Shown here: positions 20,699-29,603 of the stretch, one piece after another
Layout: each line of letters begins with the position of its first letter
Numbering within the stretch: position 1 is the first letter of the stretch
Origin: a virus
Taxonomy: Duplodnaviria; Caudoviricetes
Length of the DNA: 64,000 nucleotides
Reading direction: 5' to 3' (one strand)
IMG/VR virus record: IMGVR_UViG_3300031998_000058
Span: 1-64,000 of that record
Made by a program: the position numbers and the translations under genes
Notes under the pieces: model-generated
The model's input: the letters and a program-made list of their open reading frames with translations, nothing else
Told to the model about the DNA's origin: nothing
Database searches by the model: none

Positions 20699-21988
20699 TT
20701 ACATTGCTACGATTCTAGAACGATATGTTCCCCAATTTGATGCATTCATAAAGGCATTATATAAACTAGATGGCACAAATATACTTCCACTTTGTCCTGC
20801 TACTGCTCTATAACCACCGATAGGGGTGCTACTAAAAGCGTCGGTATTTTTCAATTCAGGAACCGCGGAAACTTCATTCAAATACAGAGACACCAAACGC
20901 CAGCAACTTTCAAACGCTCCCTTTCCGATGTATGCGCATTTTGGAAGGCTTAAAGTTGTGATTGAATGACAATTTGCAAAAGCCCACAGTTCAATAGTTG
21001 TGCACGCAGGAATACTAATGCTATTTAGATTTGTGCATCGTTCAAATGCACGGCTTCCTATAGACCCGCAAACCGAAAGGTTAATAGTTGTTAAAGAACT
21101 ACAATATTGAAACGCCTGGTCTCCAGTAACAATGCAGTTCGGAATGCTGATATTCGTTAAAGTGCGGCAATATTGAAATGCTGCTGAATCAACCGCTGTG
21201 CATGCGGGAAGGTTTACGCTTGTTAGGGCGTAGCACTCTGCAAAAGCCATGTATCCAATAGTTGTGCAGGCAGGAAAGCTTGCCGATTCCAAAGAAGAAC
21301 ATAGTTCAAACGCAGCTTCTCCGATGTCTGTACACACTGGTAGGTTAATTGATGCCAAGGAATAACATGCGTAAAACGCTTCACTCCCCACATTTAAACA
21401 CGATGGCAAAAACACTTCACTTAATCCAGAGCATCCCAAAAATGCCCCTGATCCGACCATCGAACATACTGGAAAAGATATGGATGTAAGGTTTGTGCAT
21501 GAACAGAAAGCTCTTTCCCCAATTTCTTGTACTCGTTCCATACTAATTGAAGTAAGACCGCTATTACGATAAACCGCATAATCTCTTACTTTCTTTAATG
21601 TATTTTCGGTCACGCTTCCAGATACCGAATATCCTCCCAGTAATACTTTCATTCCAGTACCACCTTCTGTCTGCCCGCTTGCTATTTTGAAGTCTGGATT
21701 AATATCATCCATCTCTGCTATGGCTATATGATTATCCCCAGCGTTTCCGTTTCCCATTCGCAAAACCAGAACATTCGCGGATGATTCCACGTTGAATAGT
21801 TCCCTGGTGCATTGTATGGTTCTCTCACCGTCAAATGGAATCGTAACTGCAAGTGTTCCATCTCCATTATTCGTTGCTACCGTAGCACGATAGAAAGAAA
21901 CATCATTTGAACATTCCTCTTCCAGTTTTGGCTTTATATAGTTTTTCCATAAGTTCTCAGCGAACTCGGTCATGTCTTGATTGTTCAT
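20699..21988 (-). CDS. BspA-type LRR protein A (429 aa) with shared N-terminal anchor domain
   Basis: start moved to MNNQDM (ATGA overlap with LRR-B stop); ~22-aa LRR units; shared C-cap. Confidence 0.85.
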   Translation of the reverse strand: MNNQDMTEFAENLWKNYIKPKLEEECSNDVSFYRATVATNNGDGTLAVTIPFDGERTIQCTRELFNVESSANVLVLRMGNGNAGDNHIAIAEMDDINPDFKIASGQTEGGTGMKVLLGGYSVSGSVTENTLKKVRDYAVYRNSGLTSISMERVQEIGERAFCSCTNLTSISFPVCSMVGSGAFLGCSGLSEVFLPSCLNVGSEAFYACYSLASINLPVCTDIGEAAFELCSSLESASFPACTTIGYMAFAECYALTSVNLPACTAVDSAAFQYCRTLTNISIPNCIVTGDQAFQYCSSLTTINLSVCGSIGSRAFERCTNLNSISIPACTTIELWAFANCHSITTLSLPKCAYIGKGAFESCWRLVSLYLNEVSAVPELKNTDAFSSTPIGGYRAVAGQSGSIFVPSSLYNAFMNASNWGTYRSRIVAM

Positions 21989-24203
21989 ACAGGTACGATC
22001 CTTTCTGATATCGAAGCCCAATTAGACGCAGCAACAAATGCACCGTATAAACTGGTCGGCACATATACTGATCCATATTGACCAGCAACATCGCTGTATC
22101 CCCCAATTGGTGTGGAGAAGAAAGCAGAGGTTCCAATTGATGTCACTTGCGATACTTTATCCAAGTATAGTGCAATCAAGTTGTAGCAACCGGAAAATAT
22201 GCGCTGACCCAGATAAGTGCATCTGGAAAGATACACCGTTGTCAGATTATGGCAAAGATAAAGCGCGTAAGCATCGGTCGATTGGCAGATTGGAAGGCTC
22301 ACTGTTGTAAGATTATCGCAAACGCCAAGCGCCGCGTTCCCCAGAAATTCACATGCTGGAAAATACACCGATGTTAAACCTGTTCTGTTAAACGCCCCAG
22401 CTCTGATTGCAGAGCATACTGGAAAAGAAACCACGCTTATGTTTGAACAGTTCGCGAATGCATTATCGCCTAAATATTCACACGTTGGGAAATTAGCAGA
22501 TTCCAAATTCATACATTCATCAAACGCATAACTTCCGATATAAGAACACGTAGGAAAATTAATTGATTCTAGTCCTGCGCATCCACGAAATGCGCTGTTT
22601 CCAATATAAGAACATACTGGGGAAGATGCTTGTGTTATCGAGCATAGATAAAAAGCCTCCGCTCCAATATATTCACATGATGGAAAATGTGCATACGACA
22701 AGCTTGTACACCCAAAAAATGCGCCCGCTTCAATGGATTTACATTTTGGAAAATAAGCGGACACCAATCTTGTGCAATCACGAAATGCACTGGTTCCAAT
22801 ATTCGAGCACAGTGGAAAAGATGCCACAGTTATACCACAATACCGAAAAGCCTGATTCGATATCGTAGTACACGCTGGGAAGTCTGCGGATTCTAAACTC
22901 TGGCACTGGAAAAATGCACCTGCGCCTATATAAGAGCATTGAGGAAATGAAGCATATCTTAACGTATTACAATATGTGAATGCGGTTGCCCCAACATATG
23001 AGCACATAGGAAAATTGGCCGATACCAGATCAAAACAACTCCAAAACGCAGAACTTCCGATATAAGAACACACAGGAAAATCAGCTGACGCCAATTCGGT
23101 GCATTGATAAAACGCACCTACTCCAATTGAAGAGCATCGTGGAAATGATATTGTATTTAAACCAAAACAAGACCGAAACGCATAAGCTCCAATTGTTTCA
23201 CATAAAGGGAAATTGACGGACGACAAACTCGTACACTGTGAAAAAGCACTACCGCCGATATAAGAGCACAGTGGAAATGAGACCTCCGTCAAGCTCGAAC
23301 AATATCCGAATGCATACGACCCAATATATTTGCACGAAGGAAAATGCGCAGATTCTAAGCCTGTGCAATTTGTAAATACCGTCTCACCAATATAAGAACA
23401 CATTGGAAATAGAACATTGGTTAATCTAGAACAATACCAAAATGCATAGTTCCCAATATAAGTACATTGTGGGAAAGATACCGTTTCCAAATTCGAACAC
23501 GATCCAAATGCTGTACTGCTAATATAAGTACACAACGGAAAGGAAGCCGTCGTCAGATTCGAACAAAATGCAAACGCGGTGTCTCCAATATGAGTGCACG
23601 ACGGAAAAGAGACCGTCTCCAAACCAATACATGACGCGAATGCCGCCCCGCCAACATTAGTGCATACGGGGAATAAGGCTGCTGTCAAATTCGAACAGTA
23701 TGCAAACGCAACACTACCGATGTTGGTCACTTGTGGCATACTAATCGAGAGTAGACCAGAATTCGAATACGCTGCATAAGAACGAATGCTCAATAATGTG
23801 CTTTCAGAAACCAGTCCAGATACCGAATATCCGCCAAGCAAAACTCTCAGTCCTATTTCTGTTTCAACAGGCTCTGCGGTTCCACCAAGCATCCATTCAT
23901 CATCATCAGTAGCTTTGGCAACGACCACATGGTTGTTTGCGACATTTCCATTTCCAAACCTACAGATTATAACCTGCTCTCCTTCGTTGACATCTTCAAG
24001 CGCCACTGTCCTGTTGATTGTTCTTTCTCCATCGAACGGTACTTTGACAGTCAAGGTTCCATCATCGTTCTTCGATACCACTGTAGCACGGTAATATGAA
24101 ACGTCATTCGTGAACTCCTGCTCTATCTTCGGCTTTATGTAGTTGTTCCATAAGTTCTCAGCGAACTCGGTCATGTCATGATTGTTCATACAGGTACGAT
24201 CCT
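21945..24203. repeat. 58-bp direct repeat (57/58 identical) spanning gene junctions: 21945-22002 and 24146-24203
   Basis: ttccataagttctcagcgaactcggtcatgtc[t/a]tgattgttcatacaggtacgatcct. Confidence 0.95.
21985..24189 (-). CDS. BspA-type LRR protein B (734 aa) with shared N-terminal anchor domain
   Basis: start moved to MNNHDM (ATGA overlap with LRR-C stop); roughly 25 LRR units. Confidence 0.85.
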   Translation of the reverse strand: MNNHDMTEFAENLWNNYIKPKIEQEFTNDVSYYRATVVSKNDDGTLTVKVPFDGERTINRTVALEDVNEGEQVIICRFGNGNVANNHVVVAKATDDDEWMLGGTAEPVETEIGLRVLLGGYSVSGLVSESTLLSIRSYAAYSNSGLLSISMPQVTNIGSVAFAYCSNLTAALFPVCTNVGGAAFASCIGLETVSFPSCTHIGDTAFAFCSNLTTASFPLCTYISSTAFGSCSNLETVSFPQCTYIGNYAFWYCSRLTNVLFPMCSYIGETVFTNCTGLESAHFPSCKYIGSYAFGYCSSLTEVSFPLCSYIGGSAFSQCTSLSSVNFPLCETIGAYAFRSCFGLNTISFPRCSSIGVGAFYQCTELASADFPVCSYIGSSAFWSCFDLVSANFPMCSYVGATAFTYCNTLRYASFPQCSYIGAGAFFQCQSLESADFPACTTISNQAFRYCGITVASFPLCSNIGTSAFRDCTRLVSAYFPKCKSIEAGAFFGCTSLSYAHFPSCEYIGAEAFYLCSITQASSPVCSYIGNSAFRGCAGLESINFPTCSYIGSYAFDECMNLESANFPTCEYLGDNAFANCSNISVVSFPVCSAIRAGAFNRTGLTSVYFPACEFLGNAALGVCDNLTTVSLPICQSTDAYALYLCHNLTTVYLSRCTYLGQRIFSGCYNLIALYLDKVSQVTSIGTSAFFSTPIGGYSDVAGQYGSVYVPTSLYGAFVAASNWASISERIVPV

Positions 24204-25237
24204 CGATGATATATTTGACCAGTTGTTTGCACTGCAAAAATTACTGTATAGACTTGCGGGTACAAACACACTTCCGTATCTACCAGCCGATCCGCTATAT
24301 CCTCCAATGGGAGTTGAATTAAAAGTGTCATATTGTAAAGTTGTTACTTGAGATACACTTTGCAAGTATAATGAAATCAAATTAGTGCATTTGTAAAACA
24401 CACTATATCCGATGCTGCTACATTTCTGAATTTCAGCTACAGATAAAAGTGTACAATTTTCAAATGCATGACTCTCAATACTTTCACAAACAGGCATGGA
24501 TATCTCTTTCAATGATACACAATTTGCGAAATCATAGTCGAACACATGCTTACACTTTGGCAAGTATACAGAGGCTAAATTCGAACAATTTTCAAACGTA
24601 TGCCCTCCAAGCCCAGAACATACTGGCAACGATACTTCACTAAGGTTTGTACAGAAACTAAACGCCCTACCAGCAACATTTTCACACGCAGGTAAGTGTA
24701 CCGTAGTTAAAGCTCTACAGTTTATGAATGCATCGTGCCTTACAGTCTCGCATAAGGGAAAATATATTGACGCTAGGCTGATGCAGCTTTGAAAAGCACC
24801 GCTTCCCACATAGGTACAAGCTGGAAAGCTGATATTTTCCAGGGAACTACATCCATTAAAAGCATACATGCTAATACTTGTGCATGCAGGAAAACTAATT
24901 GTTTTCAGACTGCTACATTGAGTAAAAGCCATCTCTCCTACCTTCATGCACTTAGGAAATAGAGCTGTCGATATTCGATAACAACTTCGAAAAGCACTGC
25001 TCTCAATTTCTGTACACTTAGACAAGCTAACATATGTCAAATAACTCTTTCCGCTAAATGAACTGTACTCAACGCTTGGTGCAGTGCCAGTCAGCATAAA
25101 TGTTGTATCTATTTCTATCGGTTCAGCTCCTCCGAGCGACCACGTTAATAGTTCTTCAGGCATGTTTTCTCCTTGTTGATTACACAGGAACAATCCTTTC
25201 TGATATCGAAACCCAATTAGACGCAGCAACAAATGCA
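21998..25237. repeat. 45-bp direct repeat (44/45) at 3' ends of LRR-B and LRR-D: 21998-22042 and 25193-25237
   Basis: atcctttctgatatcgaa[g/a]cccaattagacgcagcaacaaatgca. Confidence 0.95.
24186..25163 (-). CDS. BspA-type LRR protein C (325 aa), lacking the anchor domain
   Basis: start moved to MPEELL (AGGAG RBS); the longer track ORF overlaps LRR-D. Confidence 0.8.
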   Translation of the reverse strand: MPEELLTWSLGGAEPIEIDTTFMLTGTAPSVEYSSFSGKSYLTYVSLSKCTEIESSAFRSCYRISTALFPKCMKVGEMAFTQCSSLKTISFPACTSISMYAFNGCSSLENISFPACTYVGSGAFQSCISLASIYFPLCETVRHDAFINCRALTTVHLPACENVAGRAFSFCTNLSEVSLPVCSGLGGHTFENCSNLASVYLPKCKHVFDYDFANCVSLKEISMPVCESIESHAFENCTLLSVAEIQKCSSIGYSVFYKCTNLISLYLQSVSQVTTLQYDTFNSTPIGGYSGSAGRYGSVFVPASLYSNFCSANNWSNISSRIVPV

Positions 25238-26493
25238 TTGTATAAACTTGCTGGTACAAATACGCTTCCATATCTCCTGGCTTCCACACTGTATCCACCG
25301 ATAGGTGTGCTTGAAAATGTATTATTACTAATAACAGGAACTGTAGATACTTCATTCAGGTACAGTGAGATCAATCGAAAGCATGCGCTAAATGGCAAGG
25401 TTCCAAAACCAGTACAGACCGGAAGGCTGACAGTTTCCAGTGATGCACAATATACAAATGTGCTACTACCAATCGAGGTACAAGCCGGAAGATTAACAGA
25501 CCGTAAAGAACTACAGAAACCAAAGGCCATGCTTCCAACATATGTACATGCCGGAAAACTAATTGTTTCCACAGCAGAGCATGCATAAAACGCATGGCTT
25601 GAAATAGTCTTACAGGTAGGCAGGCTGATGTTTTCCAGAGCTATACACCACCCGAACGCATCACTCCCAATAACTGAACAAACAGGAAGACTGACAGTTT
25701 TTAGCTTTGTACAAGCCTCAAATGCACTCATCCCAACAGATGTACAATTTGGAATATTGACAGTTTCCAAGGAACTACATTTAGAAAATGCTTCTGATTC
25801 CACACGCGTACAGACCGGAAGGCTAAGAGTTGAAATGTTAATGCACCCTAAAAACGCACGAGTTCCAACAAAGGAACACGAAGGAAGATTTATTTCCGTA
25901 AATGAAGAGCAATCCACAAACGCATCATGGTCGATGTATGTACAGACTGGAAGACTTATTTCTGCAAGTGACAAGCACCATCTGAATGCGCTTGGCCCTA
26001 CTGACAAACATGCACTAATGTTCACTTTTGACAGAGAGTAGCATTGTGCAAACGCACGGGTTCCGATATGAGTGCATTGCGGAAGGTCTACTTCTGTTAA
26101 TGGGGTTGAATAAAACGCCACGCTTGGAACACTGGATGCATTTCCCGTTAAAAGAAATGGTGTGTCTGCCTGTATAGGTCCTGGTCCTGGAACAGACCCA
26201 TCACTATAGGTCATCATGGCAATATGGTTATCCGCAGCATTGCCGTTGCCATATCTCCAGACAATGACTTCTGAACCTTCTTCGATAGCATTCAGTTCCT
26301 TCGTGACTCTGATGGTCTTTTCACTGTCAAAAGGTGCTTTTACATTCAAAGTCCCGTTTCCATTATTAGCAATAACGACAGCACGGTAATAAGAAACCTT
26401 ATCTTTGGCAAAAGTTTCCCTGTACTTTGGCTTGATGTAATTATTCCAAAGGTTTTCGGCAAGTTCTGCCATTGCTGCGCTGTCGTTATCCAT
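25180..26493 (-). CDS. BspA-type LRR protein D (437 aa) with shared N-terminal anchor domain
   Basis: ELAENLWNNYIKPK..YYRAVV..NGNGTLNVKAPFD N-terminus; LRR units; C-cap. Confidence 0.85.
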   Translation of the reverse strand: MDNDSAAMAELAENLWNNYIKPKYRETFAKDKVSYYRAVVIANNGNGTLNVKAPFDSEKTIRVTKELNAIEEGSEVIVWRYGNGNAADNHIAMMTYSDGSVPGPGPIQADTPFLLTGNASSVPSVAFYSTPLTEVDLPQCTHIGTRAFAQCYSLSKVNISACLSVGPSAFRWCLSLAEISLPVCTYIDHDAFVDCSSFTEINLPSCSFVGTRAFLGCINISTLSLPVCTRVESEAFSKCSSLETVNIPNCTSVGMSAFEACTKLKTVSLPVCSVIGSDAFGWCIALENISLPTCKTISSHAFYACSAVETISFPACTYVGSMAFGFCSSLRSVNLPACTSIGSSTFVYCASLETVSLPVCTGFGTLPFSACFRLISLYLNEVSTVPVISNNTFSSTPIGGYSVEARRYGSVFVPASLYNAFVAASNWVSISERIVPV

Positions 26494-26510
26494 AAATATT
26501 GTATTCCCTT

Positions 26511-26789
26511 TTAATGTGTTTTCTGCTCTGCCAGATGATGACCGGTTTTTTCAATAACGGTCAATCGTGTTTCATGATCCGCTATCTTATCATCGTGCTC
26601 ATCTAACTGTTCCTGAAAGTCTTTATGCTCTGCCGCATTTTCCATTTCCATTTTTTTGATCTGTTCACTAACAGTGCTCAAGATTACCGTCAGTTCGGTC
26701 ATGGCCCTGGTGTTCTTGATCAATGGTGTTGAGACAGCAATAACAAAACCTACGATGGCTATTAGCACTGTAACTATGGTCCATTCCAT
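26511..26789 (-). CDS. holin-like membrane protein (N-terminal TM plus coiled coil)
   Basis: hydrophobic N-terminal helix, HDDKIADHETRLTVIE coiled-coil tail. Confidence 0.55.
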   Translation of the reverse strand: MEWTIVTVLIAIVGFVIAVSTPLIKNTRAMTELTVILSTVSEQIKKMEMENAAEHKDFQEQLDEHDDKIADHETRLTVIEKTGHHLAEQKTH

Positions 26790-26942
26790 TGCGTTTTTCC
26801 TCCCTTCTTTTGCAAATCAACTCAGTCAATCGGCATCTGTCGGGATGCGCCGTCATGTTCTGGTTTGTTTACGGGTTCCTCAGTTCTACAAGCTCGTGTA
26901 AGATTATCCCCCATGTCGCAATACACCATTGCCATCTTCTTC

Positions 26943-27962
26943 CTACACTCCTTTAATTTCTTCGACGTGTTTCAGCCACGCGTCTATTGTTATCGTCTCC
27001 ATCGGCATTCCTTCCGCTACTGCCCTGTTTCGGATTCCGTTGGAGATAGACATCTTCTCCTGTTCGGTCAACTTCTCCCACCGATGTTTATGTTTCGCAA
27101 AGTAATCTGCGAACCGGTTCTCTACTGCATCACGATAGTCCTGGTTATTAATGTCAATCCATTCCTTCTTGTTCATGGTATAGTAAGCATCAAATATCAT
27201 GAACGCCGCATAGAAGTTTGCTTTGTCATCGTGACCTCTCCTGCTGAATTCATCAACCAGGGCATCATTGGAATCCAGCATATTATTATAGGTCTTTAAG
27301 ATATAATCCTTGTCGTGCCTGCAAACGCTTTCCTCTCTCCACTTCCAGAGATAGAACGGTGTCTGGCAATACTTGGCTTCCTTCGTTAAGTTCTGTGCAA
27401 GGATGTTGAAGTAACTGTCCTCATGGATCGTCAATTTCGGGTTGAACCTGATATTCTTGTCCAGAAGGTATGAGCGCCTGTGGAACTTACCGTGAACAAA
27501 TGTCGAATCCATATCGTGATTCATATAGACTATCTGCTTCCTGTCCGGCGTTCTGGTCTCTTCGATGAAACAACTTGTGATTGTATCAAATCCACCGTCC
27601 TTGTTCATTTCATTGAAGATAATATACAGACCGCATACGTGGCAGTACATATCGTCTATATCACACCAGGTTATGTACTCTGCTTTAGCGGCATCCAGGC
27701 AAGAGTTTCTTGCTGCCGATACTCCCGCATGTTCCTGCCTAATCTGCTTGACTTCGAACGGATACTTCCTTGCTATAACGTATTCCCCTGTAGCATCAAG
27801 GTCTGTCGTGAACTCAAAGTCATGGGATTCTTCCCCGTCATGACAAATGATTACACCGATTTCGTTGAAATCCACGGACTGCTGAACAGCTATGGAATCA
27901 AGTAACGGGATAATAACTTCTGCCGGTTCCTTGTAGTGCGGAACTAAAATCTGCAATTTCAT
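26943..27962 (-). CDS. glycosyltransferase family 2, copy 2
   Basis: ILVPHY, ICHDG, HAGVSAARN, DxD motif CDIDD; clear paralog of 4317-5321. Confidence 0.9.
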   Translation of the reverse strand: MKLQILVPHYKEPAEVIIPLLDSIAVQQSVDFNEIGVIICHDGEESHDFEFTTDLDATGEYVIARKYPFEVKQIRQEHAGVSAARNSCLDAAKAEYITWCDIDDMYCHVCGLYIIFNEMNKDGGFDTITSCFIEETRTPDRKQIVYMNHDMDSTFVHGKFHRRSYLLDKNIRFNPKLTIHEDSYFNILAQNLTKEAKYCQTPFYLWKWREESVCRHDKDYILKTYNNMLDSNDALVDEFSRRGHDDKANFYAAFMIFDAYYTMNKKEWIDINNQDYRDAVENRFADYFAKHKHRWEKLTEQEKMSISNGIRNRAVAEGMPMETITIDAWLKHVEEIKGV

Positions 27963-27996
27963 ACTTTCTTTTCCCCCTGTGAATTAAATTGCAAAT

Positions 27997-28076
27997 AAAA
28001 AAGGGACAACACATCTCGCATTTCTACGAAATGTATTGACCCTTGTTGGTCGTTACCATGCCCTCGTCGGCATAGC
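27997..28076 (-). promoter_or_regulatory. late-region hairpin-linker-terminator element, copy 2
   Basis: GCUAUGCC-GACGAG-GGCAUGGU, linker AACGACCAACAA, GGG-started stem, U6. Confidence 0.85.
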
Positions 28077-28101
28077 CTGTATACACTTTTTATTATTATA
28101 T

Positions 28102-28130
28102 ATTATAGCATACTGGTCTTACAGTTGTAC
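28102..28130 (-). promoter_or_regulatory. putative extended -10 promoter (TATGCTATAAT; GTACAA at -35 position, 17-bp spacer)
   Basis: matches 20661-20689 layout. Confidence 0.65.
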
Positions 28131-28185
28131 ATAACAATATGGTTTGGACATTATCAAGCGTAATGACAACGTGAGCGTGTTGACG

Positions 28186-28534
28186 TTATCTGTCGCCCAC
28201 AATTGCCACATCTGAACACGGCATGATAAATCTATACATTCGTGTGCTACCCGGATACACAGAGGAGCCGGTAGTACTTGGAACGGTCTGGTTGCCAATA
28301 TAAGCTTTATCAGATACCAAAGGTGGTGAAGACAAGTATCCCGAAGTATAAACAATCACGTAATCCCCGACCTGAACATTAATCGGTAAATCACTTGCCG
28401 TATATTCTTCTGTAGTGTTATCAGGGTTAGTGACTATTATTGTTGTTATTAAGGCGAGTGCCTCAGAATTAGCACTCAACTCAAAGCTACTCGTACCCCC
28501 CCCCTAAAATTGTGGTTGAAGCATTAAAAATCAT
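28186..28534 (-). pseudogene. MIFN-leader fibre accessory gene frameshifted at a G9 tract (OFF; G8 gives 115 aa)
   Basis: AGGAGG RBS, ATG 28534, MIFNASTTIL-GGG-YE* stop at 28487; removing one G reads GGGTSSFELSANSEAL into ORF 28186-28479. Confidence 0.85.
28496..28504 (-). repeat. poly-G tract (G9)
   Basis: 9 C on + strand. Confidence 0.95.
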
Positions 28535-28603
28535 ATTGTTCCTCCTAACTGATTACTTAAAAATATTATCGTTGTTATAATGTATTGGCGTTAACATTAT
28601 TAA

Positions 28604-28996
28604 TTATTCTGAGCTTTCACGCTGTAAAATAAGTAAAACATCTGTAAGTCCCTGTTCAAAGGATATATCTATTGAAGAACCGTAAAAAACTGACTGTATG
28701 ACTGAAAAAGTTACTTGATACTCTTGTTCGTCGAAATCATCACCTTCCATTCTTAGAGGCACACTATACGTATCCTCCGCGTAGCTTGTTGCGATACCTA
28801 CATCGTTATAAAGTTCACCATTCAGGTATCCAATTCCATAAACCCACATAGGTTTATCTGTTAAAATCGTAACGCCCGGCAATTCCACAAATTTACCAGA
28901 ATAATCCTCTGATGTGAAATGTAAGACAACTAAATTAGGGCTGTCTATACCCCCCCCTTTTTTTTGAGTCACAGTTGTAGTCATATTGAATATCAT
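28604..28996 (-). CDS. MIFN-leader fibre accessory protein, in frame through an A8G8 tract
   Basis: MIFNMTTTVTQKKGGG; CAA AAA AAA GGG GGG GGT at ~28950-28966. Confidence 0.75.
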   Translation of the reverse strand: MIFNMTTTVTQKKGGGIDSPNLVVLHFTSEDYSGKFVELPGVTILTDKPMWVYGIGYLNGELYNDVGIATSYAEDTYSVPLRMEGDDFDEQEYQVTFSVIQSVFYGSSIDISFEQGLTDVLLILQRESSE

Positions 28997-29009
28997 ATAT
29001 GCCTCCTTA

Positions 29010-29297
29010 TCAATCCCTGCTCCATGTCACTGTTATATCCGAACTTGGCATTTCGTAAAAATCATAAAAGATCATATCATAGAGCGATTTAATCGGATTT
29101 AATGTGTCACCTCCGGCAGTAACAGTCGCAGTTCCACGTGCATAAGTGACTACAATGATAGTACCGGCCTCCTCTTGAGTTAACGTCGTTTCGAAATCTC
29201 TGATGGAAAGAATTCCTACTGACCCAGATTTTGCTATGTTGTAGAGCGTCCCTCCGCCCCCGCCGCTATTAGTCTCGCTCAAATTAAAAATTGCCAT
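29010..29297 (-). CDS. MAIFN-leader fibre accessory protein with InlB B-repeat-like domain
   Basis: SGGGGGT linker in mixed codons; C-terminal YEMPSSDITVTW. Confidence 0.7.
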   Translation of the reverse strand: MAIFNLSETNSGGGGGTLYNIAKSGSVGILSIRDFETTLTQEEAGTIIVVTYARGTATVTAGGDTLNPIKSLYDMIFYDFYEMPSSDITVTWSRD

Positions 29298-29358
29298 AGT
29301 TACCTCCTAAGAACCTGCCACGGTGTTACCCGTAGCAGGAAATAATCGTTTTGTGTTG

Positions 29359-29603
29359 TTAACTTTTTCCTGCGCTTACAAATACATCATAATCTGGCAT
29401 TGTAAACGTCCATGTGTCCCCAGTAGCGAGTGTTCCGCTGGATGCTATTGTTTGACTGGATGAATTTGTTACCCAAGCAGAACAGTTCCTTATTGCAGTG
29501 ACTGTTACTATTTCCCCAGCTACTGCACTTTGTTTATCCAACGCAACATAGCCTGTATTATTATTTGTAATGCTATGAGGGACTAGCTGCTCAGCCCCCC
29601 CCC
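29359..29603 (-). other. out-of-frame C-terminal extension (InlB B-repeat-like) of the 474-aa fibre protein
   Basis: no own RBS/ATG; joins upstream CDS if G9 becomes G8; TFTMPDYDVFVSA motif. Confidence 0.75.

Noticed and set aside
20699-26493. Diversity-generating retroelement acting on LRR C-termini
   Set aside because: No reverse transcriptase or non-coding template repeat in the window; all similar segments are coding and differences are not adenine-restricted.
26820-26935. 37-aa ORF between GT2 and the holin-like gene
   Set aside because: Weak RBS and no recognisable motif.
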